A model generated the notes under the pieces. That model did not search any database. It was not told the DNA's origin and worked only from the letters and a program-made list of their open reading frames with translations. From contig CAVYTA010000006.1 in the NCBI GenBank assembly GCA_963771355.1, forward strand, positions 1 through 64,000: 64,000 nucleotides of DNA, given 5' to 3'. Made by a program: the position numbers and the translations under genes. Positions within the stretch are counted from its first letter, which is position 1. Each line of letters opens with the position of its first letter. The DNA comes from an uncultured Candidatus Rokubacteria bacterium (GTDB taxonomy: Bacteria > Methylomirabilota > Methylomirabilia > Rokubacteriales > CSP1-6). This document shows, one piece after another, positions 27,758 through 37,596 of this stretch.

Positions 27758-27887
27758 GTGGCGAAACGGGGAGCTCGCACGCACCTGGAAGCACATCCTC
27801 GGACGCTTCCTAAAACTGGGCGCCACGGCGTACGGCGGCCCCGCGATCATGGGCATCATGCAGGCGGATGTCCAGGAGCGTCGTAGG
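27758..27887 (+). pseudogene. N-terminal fragment of second chrA
   Basis: own translation VAKRELARTWKHILGRFLKLGATAYGGPAIMGIMQADVQERRR, then similarity is lost. Confidence 0.8.
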
Positions 27888-27978
27888 AGTAGGAGTTCAT
27901 CGCGCGGTCGGCTTGATGCCGGCGTGAACAGACGCCACGGCGGGCCGGCCAGATGGACAGGCCGGCCCGCCCCAGGAG

Positions 27979-29058
27979 CTACTTGCGATTCTGGCCGGGC
28001 GCCTCTTCAGAACGGCCCTCCGGTCCCTTTTCCCGCTGACGCTCCTGCTGACGCTCCTCCGGCTGACGAGCCGGAGGCCGCTCCCCGCGGGGAGCTTGCT
28101 GTGGACCAGCCTGCTCTCTCGGGGCATTGGGCTGAGACTCGAGGCGGGGCGCGGCCGGAGGCGGCACTGCCTCCTGAGGCCGCTCCCTGCGAGGAGCTTG
28201 CTGCGGAGCCGCCTGCTCTCTCGGGGCATTGGGCTGAGGCTCGGCTCGTTGTGGCTCAGACCTCCGTCCGCGCTCCGGCTGTCCACGCTCGACGGCCGGA
28301 CCGTCCTGGCGGGGCGCAGCTGGAGGCTGGGTCGTCTCCGGACGCTGAGAGCGAGCGGGCGGCGGAGTTGCCTCCTGACGCTGCTGGCGCTCACGCGTGG
28401 GAGGGGCCGCCTCCGGATGCTCTACACGCTCGGCTTTCACGGTCGCCTTCGTTCCTCCGGCTGACTGCTGGCGGAAGATCGTGGCACGTTCTTGCTGAAC
28501 CTGCGCGTCCCGCGCCTGATACGTGTAGTGTTCATTGTGGATGATCACCTGCTGGGCGGGGGCCGGATACCTGTCGCGGGGGTAGCTCCTCTGGTACGTC
28601 GGTAGGGGGGCAGCGGCTGGCGCTCGATTCCGATCCCAACGATCCCAACCTGTCCGGTGGGACTCCCAGTCACGTCCCCAGTGTTGCCCCCATCGAGGCG
28701 GCGCGTCGTAGCCCCATCCACCCCAGTAGACCGGGCGGACACGATAGTAGCGGAACGGGATCACCAGGAGGGGCTGAGGCACGTACACGGGCTGGACGAA
28801 GACCCACGGCCCGTTGTACCAGGAGCTCGAGTACCACTGCCCGTCCGCCACGTTGAACACCCAATAGAAGCCGTCATAGAAGAAGTAGTTGGCGCTCACG
28901 CTCGGGGCGTAGTAGACGGGATAGCTTGGTACGACTACAAGGTGGGGGAACACGGGAAGATTGATCCCGATGCTGACGCTGACCTGAGCGCTTGCGGGTT
29001 GAGTACAGGCCATGGTGACGAGCAGCAATAGCAGCGCGCTAAATCTTCGCATGCGCAT
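27979..29058 (-). CDS. exported protein with aromatic/Pro-rich N-domain and Q/P/E-rich low-complexity tail
   Basis: signal peptide, VSVSIGINLP..PVYYAP; tail with 102-bp-period duplication (28074-28238). Confidence 0.8.
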   Translation of the reverse strand: MRMRRFSALLLLLVTMACTQPASAQVSVSIGINLPVFPHLVVVPSYPVYYAPSVSANYFFYDGFYWVFNVADGQWYSSSWYNGPWVFVQPVYVPQPLLVIPFRYYRVRPVYWGGWGYDAPPRWGQHWGRDWESHRTGWDRWDRNRAPAAAPLPTYQRSYPRDRYPAPAQQVIIHNEHYTYQARDAQVQQERATIFRQQSAGGTKATVKAERVEHPEAAPPTRERQQRQEATPPPARSQRPETTQPPAAPRQDGPAVERGQPERGRRSEPQRAEPQPNAPREQAAPQQAPRRERPQEAVPPPAAPRLESQPNAPREQAGPQQAPRGERPPARQPEERQQERQREKGPEGRSEEAPGQNRK

Positions 29059-29145
29059 GGTGTCCTCCTCCTGTCACAAACGAATTTTCATGGAGGAACA
29101 GTGGATCAGATGCGGTGGAACGGATGCGGTCCTGCTTCTTCGGGA

Positions 29146-29160
29146 GCATTGCCTATGCCA
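29146..29160 (-). promoter_or_regulatory. sigma54-type promoter
   Basis: TGGCATAGGCAATGC on minus strand with correct -24/-12 spacing. Confidence 0.55.
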
Positions 29161-29389
29161 AGCGCCGAACCGGGCGCATCCATGGTCAATATTGGGGATG
29201 AACGCACAATTACGTGGATACTATGGGTAGGAATTACCGGGCAGAAATGAGTGGCTCCGCCAGAGGTAGCCATCACGTTCGCCTCTCCTGATAGACTCCC
29301 CCGAGCGCCGGTGTGTCGTCTGGCGAGGGCTGCTCAAGGCGGCACTGGAGAAGCTGCTGGAGGGCGTGCCATGAATCGGCGAGTGGCTC

Positions 29390-31333
29390 ATGGGGAAAGG
29401 TAAGGAGATCCCGATGCGTCGGGGTGCAAAGCCTGCAAAAACGAAAGGTCAAAGCAAGCGTCCGGTCGCCCGCAAGTCAGGGAAGGGGGAAGGCTCGAGG
29501 GTGGGCGACCTCGAGAAGCGCCTGGCGGAGGCGTTGAAGCGCGAGGCACAGGCCCTGGAGCAGCAGACGGCGACGAGCGAGATCCTCCGTGTCATCTCGA
29601 GGTCGCCGACCGACGTCCAGCCGGTGTTCAACACCGTCGTCCAGAGCGGCCTGCGGTTGCTCGGAGGTTACTCGGCCACGATGATGCTGCTGCGCGACGA
29701 CGATCGCCTCGATCTTGTTGCCTACACTTCGACCAGTGCCGAGGCCGACGCGTCACTCGTCCATGCGTTTCCGTTGCCGCTTCGCCGCATTCCAATCGGC
29801 GAGCGTGCCGTACATGAGCGGCGCGCCCATGCGGTCGAAGATGTCGAGAGCGCCCCGGACGCCACCGACGTGATGCGCGAGACCGGCCGGGCACGCGGAT
29901 GGCGCAGCAACCTGTTCGTTCCGATGATTCGCGAGGACGTTGCGGTCGGCCTCATCTCGATCACGCGACGGGAGCCAGGGCCGTTCGCAGCCGACCAGAT
30001 CGCTCTGCTCGAGATATTCGCGGCCCAGGCCGTCATCGCGATCGAGAACGTCCGCCTGTTCAAGGACCTGCAGGCCCGTAATCGCGAGCTGACCGAGGCC
30101 GTGGAGCAGCAGACGGCGACCGCCGAGATCCTGAACGTCATCTCCCGGTCACCGACCAACGTCCAGCCGGTCTTCGAAGCCATCCTGGAATCGGCCGTGC
30201 GCCTGTGCGAGACGGCCTTTGGCGCCATCTTCCGCTTCGACGGCGAGCGGCTCCACCTCGTCGGCCATCATGGCATACCGCCCGAGGGGGTGGAGGCGTA
30301 CCGTCAAGCGTACCCGATGGCGCCCCAGCCTGAGATGCACATCAGCCGCGCAATCCGGGAGCGCCGAGTGGTCTACGTGCCCGACATTCTCGCCGAGCCT
30401 CAAATCACCTATACCGGCTCCGCCCAGCAGGCCATCGGCTATCGGAGCCTGCTCATGGTCCCCATGCTCCGCGACGGTCAGCCTGTCGGCGTAATCGGCG
30501 TCGGGGATCGCGAGCCCGGCGGCCTCTCCAACAAGCACGTGACCCTGGTTCGGATATTCGCCGACCAAGCGGTGATTGCCATTGAAAACGTCCGGCTCTT
30601 CAATGAGCTGGAGTCGGCGAACCGCGAGCTGGAGGCCGCCAGCCGTCACAAGTCTGAATTCCTTGCGAACATGTCCCATGAGCTGCGCACGCCGCTCAAC
30701 GCCGTCATCGGCTTCTCCGAGGTGCTGCTCCAGCGGATGTTCGGCGAGCTCAACGTCAAGCAGGACGAGTACCTCCAGGACATCTATGCCTCCGGCCAGC
30801 ACCTCCTGTCACTCATCAACGACATCCTCGATCTGTCGAAGATCGAAGCCGGGCGGATGGAGCTCGAGCTGGCGGACTTCGACCTGCCCACCGCGATCGA
30901 GAACGCCCTGATCCTCGTCCGAGAACGGGCCGGCCGCCGGGGCATTGCCCTGCATCAAGCGGTGGATCTGCGTCTGGGCCCGATCCGAGGCGATGAGCGG
31001 AAAATCAAGCAGGTGCTGCTGAACATTCTGTCGAACGCGTTGAAGTTCACCCCGGAAGGCGGCCGCATCGGCGTCCGCGCAGGGCTCGCCGACGGGATGG
31101 CGGAGATCTCGGTCGCGGATACGGGGGTCGGCATCGCGCCGGAGGACCAAGAGGCAGTGTTCGAGGAGTTCCGGCAGGTCGGGACGGCGGCGAAGAAGGT
31201 GGAAGGCACCGGGCTCGGTCTGGCCCTCTCGCGGAAGTTCATCGAGTTGCATGGCGGGAGGATCTGGGTCCAGAGCCAGGTGGGCGTCGGCTCGACGTTC
31301 ACGTTCACGATCCCGGTGCGCCGTCGTGAATGA
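29390..31333 (+). CDS. tandem-GAF sensor histidine kinase
   Basis: two QQTAT.EIL.VIS GAF units, MSHELRTPLN, NALKFT, GTGLGL. Confidence 0.95.
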   Translation: MGKGKEIPMRRGAKPAKTKGQSKRPVARKSGKGEGSRVGDLEKRLAEALKREAQALEQQTATSEILRVISRSPTDVQPVFNTVVQSGLRLLGGYSATMMLLRDDDRLDLVAYTSTSAEADASLVHAFPLPLRRIPIGERAVHERRAHAVEDVESAPDATDVMRETGRARGWRSNLFVPMIREDVAVGLISITRREPGPFAADQIALLEIFAAQAVIAIENVRLFKDLQARNRELTEAVEQQTATAEILNVISRSPTNVQPVFEAILESAVRLCETAFGAIFRFDGERLHLVGHHGIPPEGVEAYRQAYPMAPQPEMHISRAIRERRVVYVPDILAEPQITYTGSAQQAIGYRSLLMVPMLRDGQPVGVIGVGDREPGGLSNKHVTLVRIFADQAVIAIENVRLFNELESANRELEAASRHKSEFLANMSHELRTPLNAVIGFSEVLLQRMFGELNVKQDEYLQDIYASGQHLLSLINDILDLSKIEAGRMELELADFDLPTAIENALILVRERAGRRGIALHQAVDLRLGPIRGDERKIKQVLLNILSNALKFTPEGGRIGVRAGLADGMAEISVADTGVGIAPEDQEAVFEEFRQVGTAAKKVEGTGLGLALSRKFIELHGGRIWVQSQVGVGSTFTFTIPVRRRE

Positions 31334-31448
31334 GGACGTCAAGACCGCCAAGGCGATAGGCGTCAAGATCCCGCCGTCGCTCCCTCCTGGCGCGGGCGGA
31401 TCAGGTGAGTCCCGTGCAAGATGCCATTCATCTAGAGGAAGAGCCGCA

Positions 31449-32372
31449 TTGAAAGAGATTTTTATTGGAAGCAGCAAGGAAGGACTTGAGCAAGCCACGC
31501 AGGTGGCTGCCGTGCTCTCGGAAGCCAAGGATGTAAAGCCCCTGCTGTGGACGGAGTGCTTCAAGCTCGGCGACATCACCTTTCTGGGCATCGAGAACAT
31601 TGCGCGTCGAGTTGCCGGCGCTGTTTTCCTTGCGACACCTGACGATGATTCTGTCATTCGCGAGCAGCGGGTCAGGACGCCGCGGGCGAACGTGTTGTTT
31701 GAGTACGGTTATCTCACCGCCATGCTGACTCGGAGCAGGGTTGCACTTTGCCGTTACGCCGGCGCTGAACTGCCATCAGACTTCGCGGGGGTGACCTACG
31801 TTCCCATGGGTCCTTTTGAGCCAACCAAGCCCCTCGATCATCAAGCGAGAGCAAGGTTGAAATCATGGGCGACTGAGCTCCCCGCCATCCAAGTTGGATT
31901 TTCGCCGACGTGTCAAATGCACGGCTATTCAGGGTGTTGGCAAGCTGAGACAGTGTACGAAGTTTACCGCCGCATCCAACTCAAAGACCCGGATTATGTG
32001 GTTCTCAACGGAAAGATGATTCTGCAGATTCCACCCGATGGGGACGGTGGTGCCGGCTGCTTTTACGGCAATTTGCAGGTTCAGATTGGTGGTTGCTACG
32101 CTGAGTTTGAGATCAGCGACCGGGTCATCGATGCCAAGGTATTTGGCGATGGAAGCATGAAAATCCGCAACGCGGTGCAGAGCCGACAGCGCATCAGACT
32201 GGAAGGTGATCCTCCGCAGAGGGACGGATTCGAGCCCGATTTTCGAGGCGCTCGGGAGATCGATTTGTTCATTCACTGTCCCCCTGACGAGCCTGGCGTC
32301 CTCCGCGGACGCTTCTCAAGTGAGGTCGGAGGCAACATTTACTCCAAGGCAACCGGAAAGTGGTACAGGTAG
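31449..32372 (+). CDS. TIR-domain protein (Cap12/Pycsar-type TIR) with unassigned beta-rich C-terminal domain
   Basis: IFIGSSKEG, AVFLATPDD, PRANVLFEYG, LPSDFAGVTY; TTG start after AGAGGA. Confidence 0.85.
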   Translation: MKEIFIGSSKEGLEQATQVAAVLSEAKDVKPLLWTECFKLGDITFLGIENIARRVAGAVFLATPDDDSVIREQRVRTPRANVLFEYGYLTAMLTRSRVALCRYAGAELPSDFAGVTYVPMGPFEPTKPLDHQARARLKSWATELPAIQVGFSPTCQMHGYSGCWQAETVYEVYRRIQLKDPDYVVLNGKMILQIPPDGDGGAGCFYGNLQVQIGGCYAEFEISDRVIDAKVFGDGSMKIRNAVQSRQRIRLEGDPPQRDGFEPDFRGAREIDLFIHCPPDEPGVLRGRFSSEVGGNIYSKATGKWYR

Positions 32373-32558
32373 GAGGAGAGGCAACATGAACGACCCCCGG
32401 AGGCGGTCGCCCCTTCCTTGGGCCCCGTCAACGTGACCTAAGGTGCCAGACTGCTCCAGCCCCGGCGGACCAGCAGCGCCCTTTGGCGTCTGGCCAGAAC
32501 TCGATTGTCCTCCTCGCCTGGCCAAGCGCCTGCTCGGGGGCGGAAGAAGGCGGGGACG

Positions 32559-32801
32559 ATGAGGGGATCAGCGGTGATCTGGATCTTCTTGGCGGTCGGC
32601 TTCTCCGGCTGCGCAAGCCCGGGTCTGAACCCGGCGCAGCAGCAAGCCGTGGGCGCGTTCAAGGATTGCCAGCGCACGGCGACCACCGCGAACGTTGTCG
32701 AGATCTACGAGGACGGGCGGTTCGTGTTCACGGCTCGCCCTGACGACAATCAGCGGATGCTCCAGTGCCTCTCCGACAAGCATGGATACAAGTTCCAGTA
32801 G
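32559..32801 (+). CDS. small lipoprotein
   Basis: lipobox FSGC; two further Cys. Confidence 0.65.
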   Translation: MRGSAVIWIFLAVGFSGCASPGLNPAQQQAVGAFKDCQRTATTANVVEIYEDGRFVFTARPDDNQRMLQCLSDKHGYKFQ

Positions 32802-32825
32802 GGGCCGTGACGAATGGCGCCCCGC

Positions 32826-33215
32826 TTAAGTCGGAAGCTGCGCGTGACGCCGGACCACTCCGCACAGCGTGTGGGGGTCGAGCGGTTTCTCGAGAAGTTC
32901 CGCGAATCCCTCGGCCAGAAGCTCTTCGCGGCGATCCCGATAGGCGGTAATCGCGATGGCCGGAATGCGAATGCCCTTCTCCTCGGCAAACGCCTTCACT
33001 TCACGGATCAACTCTAGGCCGTCGTCTGGCATCGCGATATCAGTTACTAGAACATGCGGCCGAAGAGTCGCTAGAAGTCGCTTGGCTCTCTCGGCGGACT
33101 CAGCGGCTGTCACCAGTGCACCGCAATACTCGAGGACCATTTGAAGCGCCTCACGCGAGTCGTCGGCATCCTCGACGACTAGCACATGTACGCCAGCTAG
33201 GTCCTGTAAGGCCAT
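32826..33215 (-). CDS. single-domain response regulator
   Basis: VLVVED, VTDIAMPDDG, AITA, LEKP. Confidence 0.9.
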   Translation of the reverse strand: MALQDLAGVHVLVVEDADDSREALQMVLEYCGALVTAAESAERAKRLLATLRPHVLVTDIAMPDDGLELIREVKAFAEEKGIRIPAIAITAYRDRREELLAEGFAELLEKPLDPHTLCGVVRRHAQLPT

Positions 33216-33232
33216 CTTGGCAATTTTGTTAA

Positions 33233-33247
33233 GCAAAGTCTGTGCCG
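33233..33247 (-). promoter_or_regulatory. sigma54-type promoter
   Basis: CGGCACAGACTTTGC upstream of the response regulator. Confidence 0.6.
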
Positions 33248-33523
33248 AGCAGGGAAGTCAGCTAGGGGCCCCTTTTGTCTCGCGAAGCCTAGATCGAGAC
33301 CCCGGCGGAGCAGGAATTACCCTGTCAATCGTTCCGTTCTCACCTGTCTACCGAAGAAACTCCGCCTGTAGCGAGCCCGGACAGCGTACGGCCCCCTCTA
33401 GAGGGGGCATACTAGCCTTCCGGCTAGCTGAGGGAGGACCCGTGATGGAGCGACGCACCTTTCTCGCGATCCCAGTGATACCGAGAGAATCACGCTCGAT
33501 TTAGGTCCGAGGAGGACCAGCTC

Positions 33524-33904
33524 ATGATGACTATCGTCACGCATGTACACCTGAAAGAGGCGGCTGGACGTGAGTGGGATGCTGCGATGCGCACTCGTCT
33601 GTCGGCCGCGAAGAAGCGACCGGGGTGGGTGGGAGGACAGATCCTCCGGCCATCCGATAAGCCAGACAGGCGAGTGATCGTCGGCACGTGGAAGACGCGC
33701 GCCGACTGGGAGGCTTGGCATCATGATCCGCAATTCGCAGCGACGCGCGGGCGGCTCGACGGGTTAGAGAGCGAACCAGCCGAGCACTGGTGGCACGAGG
33801 TCGTGCTTGATGTGAGGAAATACGAAGCTGCTCCTCCCGTCGCATCGAAACCAGCAACCAAACGGGCGTCGAAGGTAAAGACGAAGAGAGCGCGACGGCG
33901 CTAG
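33524..33904 (+). CDS. antibiotic biosynthesis monooxygenase (ABM) domain protein
   Basis: GAGGAGG RBS; PGWVGGQIL...WKTRADWEAWHHDPQF. Confidence 0.8.
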   Translation: MMTIVTHVHLKEAAGREWDAAMRTRLSAAKKRPGWVGGQILRPSDKPDRRVIVGTWKTRADWEAWHHDPQFAATRGRLDGLESEPAEHWWHEVVLDVRKYEAAPPVASKPATKRASKVKTKRARRR

Positions 33905-33955
33905 GCCCTGACTGTGCGGTCGTCGGTGGTGACCCGAGCGGATCAGGTGATCGAG

Positions 33956-34948
33956 GTGACCACGCGACGGGCGTTCCTCTGCACACTGGCCGGCGCCCTT
34001 CTCGCTGCGCCACTCGCCGCCGAGGCGCAACGATCGGCGAAGGTGTACAGAATCGGGTTGCTTATTCCCGCGCCCGCGCCCGCTCCGGGGCTTATGCCAC
34101 CGATCATTGTTCCTGTGTTTCTGGCTGGCATGCGAGAGAGGGGTTGGTTGGAGAACCAGGGATTCGTGCTCGAGCCTCGGTACGCTGAGGGTAAGGTCGA
34201 GCGTCTGCCTGACCTTGCCGCGGAGCTGGTTCGCCATTCAAGGAGACATGATCGTCACATGGGCACGCCTGCTGCCATGGCGGCCAAGCAAGCGACCACG
34301 ACTATTCCGGTCGTATTCGGTCTCGTGGGGGATCCTGTCGCCTCCGGTCTGGTACCGAACCTCGCGCGGCCGGGCGGGAACGTCACTGGGATGTCGCTCC
34401 ATCTTCCAGAAGTCCTCGGAAAAGCGCTCGAGATACTCAAAGAGGCGCTCCCACGTGCCGAGCTGGTCGTGATGACGCGAGATCCTGACAATCGAGCGCA
34501 AAACCTCGCCGATGCGCACGCAGACGCCCTTGCCAAAGCCCGCGATATCCGACTTCATCGAGTCGATGTACGTCACGTGTCCGACTACGAGGCCGCGTTC
34601 AAAATGGCGGTTAAACAACGGGCCGATGCCGTGCTCGTCACCCCTCAACTTCCTCTGCCTAAGCAGATGGCGGACTTTTCCGTAAGCCATCGTTTGCCCA
34701 TCATGACAATGATCACCGGTCCCGGATCACAGGTCGGCCAGTTTATGATCTACGGCCCCAAATTCGGTGATCAGGTGCATCGCGTAACGGGCTACGTGGA
34801 TCGGATCCTGAAGGGCGCGAGACCGGCCGACCTGCCGGTCGGGCAGGCGGATCGCTTCGGCACACCGGGAACCTCAAGACGGCCAAGGCGCTCGGCCTCA
34901 CGATCCCGCCGTCGGTGCTGGCAGCGGGCGGATCAGGTGATCGAGTGA
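33956..34948 (+). pseudogene. ABC_sub_bind family binding protein with indels near 34245-34260 and 34860
   Basis: TRRAFL signal, RYAEGKVERLPDLAAELV, LARPGGNVTG, RADQVIE. Confidence 0.85.
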
Positions 34949-34989
34949 TGGACCGGCGCGGATTTCTGCTCTGGGCTACGGCCAGCTGG

Positions 34990-35381
34990 GCTAGGCGAGG
35001 GTTTAGCCCACGCGGTTCCACCGTATCGGGCAAGCACCTATAGAATGTCCACAGACGGGCCCCGTCGAATAGGCCCCCGGTAAACGAGGTCTTGACCGCT
35101 AGATGATCCGCGCCGAGGCCGAGACGCTGAACCTCTATCTTGCGCTCCCTGTCGCTCGGGTAGGACGAACGGAGTATGCCCGCCAGGTGCTCAGCCTTCG
35201 CAGAAGCATCCGAGAAACAGGCCGACTTGCTGTCGAAGGCCGCTATGCGACGCCATGCCTTCTTATCCTCTGTGACGAGTCCTGACTCCGTCGCAACCTC
35301 TTGACTCCACAAGACCCATAGACTCTCGGCAACGACCGACGTGGCGAAGGTGAGCAGGCAGCAGAGCATAGTGAGCATCAT
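34990..35381 (-). CDS. exported hypothetical protein (WVLW...C...CLPDTVEPRG); 3' end uncertain
   Basis: signal peptide and paired Cys; ORF runs on into antisense of neighbour. Confidence 0.55.
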
Positions 35382-35526
35382 GCACGGCCAGCGTCTAATC
35401 ATCGAGGTTCCTCCCGCTTATCGCGCGCACCATCTGTGCCCCGCTGAGCACCACTGGAACGCGGAGAGGCTCAGGAAGCTCGCCGCGGCTCTTAGTGGAG
35501 TGGCGGGGTGTAGAGGAACCGACGGG

Positions 35527-37170
35527 CTACGCTCTCATCGCCAGCTCGCGGTAGCCGTCCGCGGCCACGCGGTCGCCCCACTCGCGGTACTCTGGCGCGG
35601 TGCCGCTGTAGCGGGCGATGATGCGGACGTTCTTGCCCTCGACGTTCATGTTGACGCCGGTCATCCAGGAGTCGACCTCGTTGGCGAGCAAACCCTCGCC
35701 CTTCTTCTTGACGAAGGCGGTCCACTCCTCCACGGCGTCCCGTCGGGCGTCGGCGACGCGCAGGCTACGCCGCTCCAGGTAGCCGAGCAGGTCGCGGATC
35801 CACTCGACGTTGTACTCGATGCTGCGCGGGATGTTGCCGAGGGCGGTGTGGGGACCCATGACCATGAACAGGTTGGGGAAGCCGTCGATCATGACGCCCA
35901 TGAAGGTTTCGAGGCCGCCCTTCCACCGCTCCTTGAGCTTCTGGCCGCCGACGCCGCGGATGTCGATGCGGTCCAGGCTGCCGGTGATGGCGTCGAAGCC
36001 CGTGGCGAAGACGAGGATGTCGAAGGCGAACTCGCGATCGCTGGTCCGCAGGCCGGTCGCCGTGATGCGCTCGATGGGGGTCTCGAGGATGCTGACCAGC
36101 TCGACGTTGGGCTGGTTGTAGACCTCGTAGTAGCCGCTCTCCTGCGGCACCCGGCGCGTGCCGAACCCATGGTCCTTCGGGATCAGCAGCTCCGCCACCC
36201 TGGGGTTCTTCACCCGCTGGCGGATCTTGTCCGCCACGAAGGCGGAGAAGAGCGCGTTCGCCTCGCGATCGACCAGCATGTCGCGGAAGTTGCCGAGCCA
36301 GATGGCGAAGCCGGGCGAGGAGTAGAGCATCTCCCAGAAGGCCTCGCGCTCCTCCGGGCTCACTTCGAACGTACCCCGCGGGTCGGTCGTGTGCAGGAAG
36401 CAGGCGGCCGTCTCCCGGCACCGCTGGAAGAGCGCCGGATAGCCCTTGCGGATCTCGGCCATCTCCGCGTTGGTGATAGGCCGGTTGTGCAGCGGCGTGC
36501 ACCAGTTCGGGCGGCGCTGGAAGACGGTCAGGTGGCCCGCGGTCTTCGCGATCTCGGTGATGACCTGCACGCCGGTGGCGCCGGTGCCGATGACGGCCAC
36601 GCGCTTTCCGGCGAAGGACACGGGATGCTTCGGCCAGAGACCGGTGTGGTAGGCCTCGCCCCGGAAGTCCTCGACGCCCGCGAGCCGCGGCAGGGTCGGG
36701 GCAGAGAGCGGGCCGACCGCAGTGACCAGGTGGCGCGATCGGCAGCGGCGGCCATCTTCCGTCGTGATTTCCCAGGCGAGGTGGCCGTCGTCCCAGGTCG
36801 CGGCTTTCACCCGGCTCCGGAGCTGGATGTCCCGGCGGAGGTCGAACTTGTCGGCGACGTGATTGAGGTAGCGCTCGGTTTCCGGCTGGGGCGCGAAGTG
36901 CTCCGTCCAGTTCCACTCATCGAGCAGCTCCTGGTTGAACGAGTAGCCGTAGGAGTAGCTCTCGGAGTCGAAGCGGCAGCCGGGGTAGCGGTTCCAGTAC
37001 CAGGTGCCGCCGACTCCGGTGCCCGCTTCGAACACGCGGACGTTCTGGCCCAGTTCCCGCAGGCGGTAAAGCTGGTAGAGGCCCGAGATGCCGGCGCCGA
37101 TCACAATGGTGTCATAGTCGAGGCCCGGGGCGGACTCCCTCCGGGTCGGCAGCTCGGACGAGGTGGGCAT
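35527..37170 (-). CDS. Baeyer-Villiger monooxygenase
   Basis: GAGISG, GGTWYWNRYPGCRFDS, FRGEAYHTGLWP fingerprint, GTGATG. Confidence 0.95.
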   Translation of the reverse strand: MPTSSELPTRRESAPGLDYDTIVIGAGISGLYQLYRLRELGQNVRVFEAGTGVGGTWYWNRYPGCRFDSESYSYGYSFNQELLDEWNWTEHFAPQPETERYLNHVADKFDLRRDIQLRSRVKAATWDDGHLAWEITTEDGRRCRSRHLVTAVGPLSAPTLPRLAGVEDFRGEAYHTGLWPKHPVSFAGKRVAVIGTGATGVQVITEIAKTAGHLTVFQRRPNWCTPLHNRPITNAEMAEIRKGYPALFQRCRETAACFLHTTDPRGTFEVSPEEREAFWEMLYSSPGFAIWLGNFRDMLVDREANALFSAFVADKIRQRVKNPRVAELLIPKDHGFGTRRVPQESGYYEVYNQPNVELVSILETPIERITATGLRTSDREFAFDILVFATGFDAITGSLDRIDIRGVGGQKLKERWKGGLETFMGVMIDGFPNLFMVMGPHTALGNIPRSIEYNVEWIRDLLGYLERRSLRVADARRDAVEEWTAFVKKKGEGLLANEVDSWMTGVNMNVEGKNVRIIARYSGTAPEYREWGDRVAADGYRELAMRA

Positions 37171-37596
37171 GGACTATCGTACACTGGGGACGTCGCGTTC
37201 CACGACCGAACGCCGAGCTCCCAAATCGTCGAGCTATCCGCCCGGATGCGTCCCTTGATCTTCCTGATGTCCGACTGGGACGCCACTCTCGCGCGACTCA
37301 GAAGCGAAACGGCAGTCCCGTAGCGATGGTCTCCGACGTTCGGCACGGCACGGTGGTACCGTGCTCTCGAGGAACAGGTCCCAGTGCCGGAGCAGCGTGA
37401 CGGACCGGCGGCGTTCAGCCGCGCTGCCCGCGCTCCTCCTGGTCGCCGCGGTCGGTGCTCAGACCTATGGGTTGTACATCTGCGGCTTCGGGCTCCGACA
37501 TCAATCCGGCCGAGGCACGCTCTTCGACGATAGACTGACGCTGGGACCGGCGACACCTGAGCGCACTCTCAGCGATCGGAAGGAGGCGGCGACATC

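Noticed and set aside
28074..28238. Non-coding repeat element
   Set aside because: In-frame 102-bp-period duplication within a low-complexity protein tail.
31251..31448. N-terminal extension of the TIR ORF
   Set aside because: Overlaps the kinase end and a binding-protein remnant; TTG at 31449 has an RBS and matches the start of the TIR domain.
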